Below are positions 55,271-64,000 of a stretch of 64,000 nucleotides of DNA, in pieces. Origin of the DNA: the human T2T-CHM13v2.0 reference genome, Homo sapiens. The notes beneath the pieces are model-generated. The model did no database searches, was not told the origin of the DNA, and saw nothing but the letters and a program-made list of their open reading frames with translations. Every line of letters starts with the position of its first letter. Positions within the stretch are counted from its first letter, which is position 1. A program made the position numbers and the translations under genes. The stretch lies in the NCBI RefSeq assembly GCF_009914755.1, contig NC_060937.1; one strand, written 5' to 3'.

Positions 55271-57615
55271 TATTTTCCATACTTTATTGGGGTACAAGTG
55301 GTGTTTGGTTACATGAGTAAGTTGTTCTTTAGTGGTGATTTGTGAGGTTTTGCTGCACCCATCACCTGAGCAGTATACACTGCAACCTATTTGTAGTCTT
55401 TTATTTCTTGCCCCACTTCTACCCTTCCCCCCAAGTCCCCAAAGTCCATTGTTTTATCCTTATACTTTTGCATCCTCATAGCTTAGCTTGCACACATCAG
55501 CTAGAACATACGATGTTTGGTTTTTCATTTCTGAGTTACTTCACTTAAAATGATAGTCTCCAATCTCATCCATGTCACAGCAATATGCCACTGACTCATT
55601 TATTTTTATGACTGAGTAGTATTCCATTATATATATAGGTATATATACACATCATAATTTCTTTTTTCCACTCCATTGATGGGCATTTGGGTTGGTTCCA
55701 TGATTTTGCAATTGTGCAAGTATCTTTTCCTTATAATGACTTATTTTCCTCTGGGTAGATATCCAGTAGTGGGATTGCTGGATCAAATGATAGTTCTAAT
55801 TTTAGTTCTTTAAGGAATCTCCACACTGTATTTCATAGTGGTTGTGTGAGTTTACATTCCCACCAGCAGTGTAGAAGTTTCCATGTTAACTGCATCCACG
55901 CCAACATCTACTGTTTTTTTAAATTTTTTTGACTGAATCAAACAACCTATCAGAAATATAATCCACCATGATCAAGTGGATTTCATACCAGGGATGCAGG
56001 GATGGTTTAACATACACAAGTCAATAAATGTGATACACCACATAAACAGACTTAAAAACAAAAATCACATGATCATCTCAATAGATGCAGAAAAATCATT
56101 AGACAAAATCCAGCATCCCTTTATGATTAAAATGCTCAGCAAAATTGGCATACAAGGGACATACCTTAATGTAATAAAAGCCATGTATGACAAACCCACA
56201 GCCAACATAATACTGAATGGGGAAAAGTTGAAAGCATTCCCTGTGAGTACCGGAACAAGACAAGGATGCCCACTCTAACCACTCCTCTTCAACATAGTAC
56301 TGGAAGTCCTAGCCACAGCTATCAGACAAAAGAAAGAAATAAAGGAATCCAAATTGTTAAAGAGAAAGTCAGGCTGTCACTGTTTTGCTGATGATATGAT
56401 CATTTACCCAAAAAACCCTAAAGACTCCTCCATAAAGCTCCTAGAACTGATTTAAAAAATTCGGCAGTTTCCAGATACAAGATTAATATACAGAAATCAG
56501 TAGCTCTTCTATACACCAACAGCAACCAAGCAGAGAATCAATTCAAGAATTCAACCCCTTTTACAATAGCTGCAAAAAATTAAATCCTTAGCCTCTACGA
56601 GGAGAACTATGTATTACTGCTGAAAGAAATCACAGGAAACACAAACAAATGGAAACATCCTATGCTCATGGATGAGTGGAATCAATATTGTGAAAATGAC
56701 CATACTGCCCAAAGCAATCTACAAAGTCAATGCAGTCTCCATCAAAATATCACCATCAATTTTCACAGAATTAGAAAAAAAATTCTAAAATTCATATGAA
56801 ACCAAGAAAGAACCCACATAGCAAAGGCAAGACTAAACAAAAGAGCAAATGTGGAGACATCATACTACCTGATTTCAAACTATACTGTAAGGCCATAGTC
56901 ACCAAAACAGCATGGTACTTGTATAAAAATAAGCACATAGACCAATTAAACAGAATAGAGAACCCAGAAATAAACCCAAACACTTACAGGCCAACTGATC
57001 TGCGACAAAGGAAACAAAAACATAAAGTGGGGAAAGGACACCCTTTTCAACAAATGGTGAGGGGATAATTGACTAGTCACATGTAGGAGAATAAAACTGG
57101 ATCCTCATCTCTCACTTTATACAAAAATTAGCTCAAGATGGAATAAGGACTTAAATATAAGACCTGAAACTCTAAAAATTCTAGAAGATAACATTGGAAA
57201 AACCCTTCTAGACATTAGCTTAGGCTAGGATTTCATGACCAAGAACCCAAAAGCAAATGCAATAAAAACAAAGATAAATAGCTGGGACTTAATTAAGCTA
57301 GAGCACTTCTGCACAGCAAAAAGAACAGTCAGCAGAGTAAACAGAAAACCCCCAAAGTGGGTCTTCACACCCTTTACATCTGACAAAGGACTAATATCCA
57401 GAATCTACAACAAACTCAAACAAATCAGTAAGAAAAACACAAACAATCCCATGAAAAAGTGGGCTAAGGACATGAATAGAAAATTCTCAAGATAATATAC
57501 ACAAATGGCCAACAAACATATGAAAAAATGCTCAACATCACTAATGATCATGGAAATGCAAATCAAAACCACAGTGCAATACCACCTTACTCCTTCAAGA
57601 AGAGCCATAATCAAA
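55271..57615 (-). mobile_element. L1PB1-like element with 5' inversion
   Basis: 55271-55933 is the antisense 3' end. 55934-57615 is sense ORF2 ([22 protein letters not shown]; GTRQGCPL). TSD AAGCTTCATTCTT / AAGCTTCATTC(ATTC)TT. Confidence 0.92.
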
Positions 57616-60277
57616 AAGCTTCATTCATTCTTTCACTGTGCACACACTTGAAAGCTTAACATTAGGTGGAAGCCATTGAGGCTTACGTCTTGCACCCTCT
57701 GGAACTGTGGCCCAAGCTGTACCTGGGCCTCTTTAAACCACAGTTGGAGCTAGATCAGCCAGGATGCTGGAAGCCATGTCTCAAGGCTGTGCAGGACAGC
57801 AGAACCCTGTGCCTGGCCCATAAAACCATTCTGTTCTCCTAAGCCTCAGAGCCTGTGATAGGAAGGACTGCTTCTTAGATCTCTGAAAAGATTTTGAGGC
57901 TTTTTTCTCATTGTCTTTGTTCTCACCACTTGCCTCCATTTTAATTATACAAATTTCTCTATCAAGTGATTGCTCAGAAGCCCATTTGAATTCTTCTCCT
58001 GAAAATGGGCTAATCTTTTCTATCACATGGCCAAGCTGCAAATTTACCAAACTTGTATTCCCTGCTTCCCTTTTAAATATAAGTTCCAGTTTTAAGTCAT
58101 TCCTTTGCTTCTGCATATGAGCTTGGGTATTAGGAGCAGCAGGCTATATCTTGAATGCTTTGCTGCTTAGAAATATCTTTTTCCAGATACCATAACTCAT
58201 CACTCCCAAGTTCAAAGTTCCACAGATCCCTAGGGTAGGGGCACAGTGCAGTCAAGTTCTTTGCTAAGGCATAACAAAAGTGACCTTTGCTCCACTTGCT
58301 GGTAAGTTTCTTATTTCAACTTGAGAACTCATCAGCCTGGACTTCATTGTTCATATCGCTAACAGCATTTTGGTCACAACCACTTAACTAGTCTCTAGGA
58401 AGTTCCAAACTTCCCCTCATCTTCCTGTCTTATTCTGAGCCCTCCAAGCTCTTCTTACCTGTGTCTGTTACCCAGTTACAAAGTTACTTCCACATTGTCA
58501 GGTATCTTTATAGTAATGCCCCGCTCCTTGGTACCAATTTCCTATGTTAATCCATTCTTGCATTACTATAAAGAAATTCCTGAGCCTGGGTAAATTATAA
58601 GAAAATAGATTTAATTGGCTCATGTTTCTGCAGGCTGTACAGGAAGAATAGCAGCATCTGCTACTGGGAAGGCCTCAGGAAGCTTACCATCATGGTGAAG
58701 GCAAAGCATGAACAGGCACATCACATGGTGAAAGCAGGAGCTAAATGATCAGAACTCATGATAACTCACTATTGCAAGGACAGTACCAAGTGTGATAGTG
58801 CTAAATCATTCATAAGAAATCTGTATCTATAATCTAATTACCTCCCACCAGGCTGCATCTCCAAAATGAGGAATTAAATTTCAACATGAGATTTGGGCAG
58901 GGACACACATCCAAACCATATCACAATAACTTAAAGATTAATGGAACAGAGAAGAGAATTCATAGCTATGGATATACACACATATGTTCAATGCTCAAGT
59001 GATTTTAAACAAATATACCAATGCAATTCATGGAGAAATAGATTTTCAAGCAAACTATACTGAAACAATTGGTTATCTACATGGAAAATAATGAACCTCA
59101 AATCTGTCTTCAAATATGTCATTAACATTATCTCAAAATGGCTATGGGCTTTATTGTTAAAGCTAAATCTAAGATATGTTTACCAGAAAAACAGAAGTTA
59201 GGCAATATGAATTAGATCTCAAGTTAGGCAATATGAATTAGAAAAGTCACAAAAAGCATAATAATGTAAGAAAAAATAATAAATTGCATTTTATCAAAAT
59301 TAAAAACTTCACAGACTTCACTAAATAAAGACATAATCTTGGTGTGGAAAAATATATACACACTACATATATCAAATAACTTTATCAAGAATATATGAAG
59401 AACTATATTTCTATAAGAGAAACAACATATACTGCTCTCAGAAGTAAGAAGGTCAGTAAAGTTAGTCTTAGCAAAGTGTCATTATTTTAATGACTTTATT
59501 ATGTACTCTCATTTCTCATTATTGTCAAAATATTTGCTAGTTCATAAATAATATAATGATGTTTCAAAGTAATTTTCATATACATTTTTCTGATTAGAAA
59601 TCAAGGGGACATTTTTCCCTTTTGTTATTACTACTTATAATACCTTTTAGAGAAATTCATTTTTAATAAGTATACTTAGGTTTTAATCTTCTGGAGTATG
59701 TACTTTAATATATCTAATACAATTTCATAAATATGTCTTTCTGAAAAGTAAATTATTGAAGCAAGTAATAAAATCAATGTGATTTTTAATCACTTGAAAG
59801 GGAAATGTATGACAGTTGTATACAGCATATTTTTCAGTCAATGTTTAATTTAATGAGAGAGATAAAAAGATCCAGACTATTATTTTGTTTACCTTATCAT
59901 ATGAACATAGTGAAAAGATTAATAAATTTTTAGAATGCCTCGCCAAGTAATTGTTTTAACCTGAATCACAACTACACCAGTAAGTATGATGTGTGAAGTG
60001 TCCATGTGTTAAGAAAGGTTATGTGTTAGTAAAGTTCAGATCTTTTCTGGATCAGAATGGCTGATCCTTCATACCTGAAAAGCTGAATTCAGCTGGGTAG
60101 GGCCAAGAAATACAGTGACATTTGTTTGGGATTATATATGACATTTTATTTACTTGCTACTAGGTCATAGGCATCTCTAGAAATACATTACCTAAATATT
60201 TTCACGAGGTCATAATGAAAGCATTATTTTTAGTGATGTTTTCCTTTCTTGTCTCAAGCCTTTGAGATAGATTTCTT

Positions 60278-60595
<318 letters not shown>

Positions 60596-60969
60596 TTATA
60601 TGCTTTAGGTTTAATGGGGGTAGAGGACAGGTTTGTAATCATATTACCTGTCCTAACATGGACTTCCATGTGAGTATTTATCTCCCTACGTAATATGACA
60701 TGTTTGTCAATGTAAACATGATTATACTCTTCCTTTGTTATTCTTTCAACTCTTTTTACATAATTTAGCCTAATTCAGATGCAATAGTATCACCCAGGGC
60801 TACATTTCTTCCATCATCTTCAACCCAAAACTTGCTTCATTGAATATAACAAAAAAGTCTATACAAAAAAATCAATGTCTATGTTAGGGTTCCTATAGAT
60901 AATAGAAAGAAATCTTGGATAATTATCCAGCAATTTTCCTTGTGGTTTCATAATAGTCAGAAAAGTACA

Positions 60970-61197
60970 CAGTTATGTGTCACTTAACAATGTAGATACA
61001 TTCTGAAAAATGTGTTGTTTATGATTTTATTATTGTGTGAATGTCATAAAGCGTACTTACACAAACCTAGATGGGATAGCCTACTATACACCTAGGATTA
61101 TGATATAACCAATTGCTCCTAGGTTACAAACCCATACAGCATGTTACTGTACCAAATACTATAGGCATTTGTAACACAGTGATAATTATTTGTGTAT
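60970..61197 (+). mobile_element. Tigger3/MER7-type DNA transposon fragment
   Basis: cagttatgtgtcacttaac...gatacattctga...tacttacacaaacctagatgg.atagcctactatacacctagg...cagcatgttactgtac. Confidence 0.85.
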
Positions 61198-61199
61198 TT

Positions 61200-64000
61200 G
61201 CTCATTCCATGGACCCAAGTGACCATGTCAAAAGAATACACAGGGATATATGTTTGTAAAAATTCCAGTCACTTTTTGGTCCTACAGGGGAACTCTTTCC
61301 ATGGGCATTGACTTGTGCTATGCTAAGAGACCCCCCAAATTTCCACAGGACCATGCTCTATATGGCCATCTTTTTAATTCTCCAGTTCCCTCTATAATCC
61401 ACCATTCCACTGGAAAACCATGCAGCCCAAGCCATGGAAGAATACCTTGCAATTTCCAAGCCCTAGAGTTATCCTGGGGAGAGTGTGGGAGACTGTGTGA
61501 AGGAAAGGCCCTGAGAACAGCTTCAGACACTTTACCAGACCCAGGAATAACAGGAGGACACAATTTTTAATCTTTGCTCATAGCAAGCTAGTAGTATTTG
61601 TGATCTAGAAGTGGCAGCTTCTGCAGGCATTAGACTATTACAGGAAGAAGATTGGAGTACTAAGTGGAGCATGAGAAGGGCCTGAGCAGCCAGAACTGAG
61701 TGATGAGTGTGAAGTGCATTTTAGTTGTAAGTTCTGGATTTGGGCTCTTCTACTTCATGGAACCAGAGCAATAAAAGATTCACTGCAGCTTCAGTTTTGC
61801 CTGGGAGGCAAGATTTGGAGAAAGAGATCACTTTGCAATTTAAGGCAAGTCTGCATGTGCTCCAGCTTGCTTTCTTGTCAGATTGAGAAGGAAATTCCAT
61901 AAATTATGAGGAGTAACAGGGAGGCAGGTCCTATATCTACTTGCCTGAACTAGGAGCCTAGGCCACTTCTCCTTTTCCATACAAGAAACTTGGTGCAGCA
62001 GCAGTTTCTTCAGTCTTCACCAGGCTTTTGGCAACTGCCCTCCAGATTCCGGCAGAGGTGGTGCTTGCATTCACTACTGGGGGGCCCAATTGTGGAATTG
62101 CCCAGCCCAGCTGAACCCAGCTTTGCCTCCACTTTGAGACTGAGTGTGAAACTCAAGTGTATTCCACAGCCTAGCTCATTGTCTGTGACACAGAAGAACT
62201 CCTCTTCTACTCTTACCTGTGTCACCTACTTGCCTGGTGGTTGATCTGCACACCCTATAAAAATTACATTGACACAAGTGCATAGCACTTGGGAATAATA
62301 TGTCTCTTGTGACCACTGCCACACTGGCTTCACAGGAGACTGGCCTGCTGACACTCCAAGTACATTTCAACTAAAACTGGCATTTGAGAAAGTCAGCACA
62401 CTCAAGCTTTCTATAACCAAATAATTGAACACGTGCAGAAACCATTGAACACATGCAGAAACAAACCCAAATGTCCCTGCTCAAGACACATTATAGTCAC
62501 ATCCTCAAGAAAAAAGTCCCATCCTAATGAATGTAAATTAAAAAACAAGAAATGACAGTTTCTCCAGATGAGAAAAAATTCAGCATAATAATTATTTATG
62601 AAAAAGCAGGGGGTAGCAAAATTCACAATGGATTCTAAGAAAAATGAAAAATTTTAATGCCAGATAAATTCAAAATCATGTTTTAAAGAAGATCAATTAG
62701 ATCCAAGAGAAATCAGAAAACCAATTCAAAGACATTAGAAAATTAAACTCAGAATATGAATAAGAAATTAACCAAGGACACAGATATAAAAAAATAGCAC
62801 TTCTGGAAATAAAAAATATTGAAGAAAATATACAATACAGTAGAAATCTCCAACAAAGACTGACCAAGCAGAACAATCTCGGAACTTGAAGAAAGGTCTT
62901 TTGAATTAATCCAGTAAGACGAAAATTTTAAGAAGAATAAGAAGGAATGAACAAAGTGTTCAATAAAAATGAGACCTACTAAAGTCTTAAAATTTATGAA
63001 TGATTGGTTTTATTGAGGAGAAATAAACAAAATGTTTGAAAAATCTATTTAAGGAAATAATTGGTAAAACCTCCCAAGTCTTGCAAGACATATAGACATC
63101 CATATACAAGAGACCCAACAAACACCAGTAACGTTGGTATCACCATAATACATAGTCATCAGACTGTCTAAAATAATGTGAAGAAAGAAAATACTACAAT
63201 CAGCAAGAGAAAATTGTCTATCCACCTAAAAGGAAACTCCATCAGACTCATAATGGATTTCTCAGAAGAAACCTTCCAAATGATTGTGAACCTATTTTTA
63301 GGGTGCTTAAATTAAAAAATGTCAACCATAAAATATATATCCTGCTAAAATAATTTTTACAAATGAAGGCACAACAAAGTGTTTCCTAGACAAACTCTGA
63401 AGGAATTTGTCATCACTAGATCAGCTGTACCAGAAATGCTTCAATTTTGGAATTCTAAACATAGAAACAAAAGATAAATACTCACTATTATAAAAATACG
63501 TGAAAGTGCAAAACTCACAGATCTTATAAAATAATAACATAAGGAGAAAGAGAGAAAGAAATTAAATGGCAACACAACAGTACTCCACCAAACCACAAAG
63601 ACAGACAGACAGGAGATATAAAAGAAAAAAGATAACCCACAAAATGACAGATAAAAATGAACATTATGAAAAGAACAACTCTTACATGTTGATATTAACT
63701 TTTACTATAAATAGATTAAATGCTACACATAAAAACATGTAGTGTGCAGACTGGGTTTAAAAAAATAATAACAATCCAACAATTTGCTGCTTACAAGAAA
63801 TTCACCTTACTGGTAAACACACTTATAGACGGAAGGTAAAGAGGTGAGAAAATATTCTACACAAACGCAAACCAAAAGCAAGCAGGAGTAGCTCAACGTA
63901 CATCAGATAAAACAAACTTTAAACCAAAAACAGTGAAAGAAATACAAAGAAAGTCCTTATAGACTGAAAGAAGGATCAACTTAGGAAGAGGATATAATAA
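61200..64000 (+). mobile_element. Old L1 (L1M2/L1MA-like) 5'UTR, ORF1 and start of ORF2, cut by the window end
   Basis: Degenerate ORF1 at ~62560-63470 (gaacttgaagaaaggtcttttgaa; catatagtcatcagactgtc; aaggaaactccatcagact) and endonuclease start at ~63660 (tgctgcttacaagaaattcacc; aaagcaagcaggagtagct). The 5'UTR assignment is less certain. Confidence 0.75.

Larger units (their letters stand above)
53671..58923 (-). mobile_element. Second MST MaLR (LTR 53671-54335, internal region, LTR 58543-58923) with nested insertions
   Basis: Collinear with the 42129-44573 element once the Alu and the two L1 inserts are removed. Confidence 0.9.
52480..59420 (+). mobile_element. Old L1M(E) ORF2 host fragment, split by MER57-like LTR and MST (pieces ~52480-53002, 53430-53670, 58924-59420)
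   Basis: Collinear sense ORF2 motifs across the insertions (ctcagcagactaggaataaaag; gaagacttaacattgt; tccaatccaaatcccagca; gattaatggaacaga; ttatcaaaattaaaaacttc). Confidence 0.6.

Noticed and set aside
55976-57495. L1 ORF2 peptide fragments as CDS
   Set aside because: They are frameshifted, stop-interrupted pieces of an inverted, truncated L1PB.

Overview
This is AT-rich primate (human or ape-like) non-coding genomic DNA dominated by transposable elements. I found no intact cellular gene, RNA gene or CRISPR array. Main contents: (1) a two-LTR, internally deleted HERV-H provirus (648-6594, TSD ATGCA) with an AluY in its integrase; (2) a HERV9/LTR12 provirus reduced to LTR-leader-gag fused to a half 3' LTR (21065-24848); (3) two LTR-int-LTR MST-type MaLR elements (42129-44573 and 53671-58923), the second carrying nested Alu and L1 insertions; (4) solo LTRs (MER39-like, THE1, LTR12, MER57-like, MLT1), several Alus, many old L1 fragments, a Tigger3 fragment and local tandem duplications. 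I see no convincing new biological system. The most notable observations are an asymmetric HERV-H LTR pair (the 5' LTR has lost its TATA box and SOX-motif block, the 3' LTR keeps both), a locally templated ~200-bp L1 copy with a fold-back junction, an octamer-motif cluster made by tandem amplification, and a tailless Alu with TSDs. Subfamily names come from recalled consensus sequences and need RepeatMasker/Dfam confirmation.
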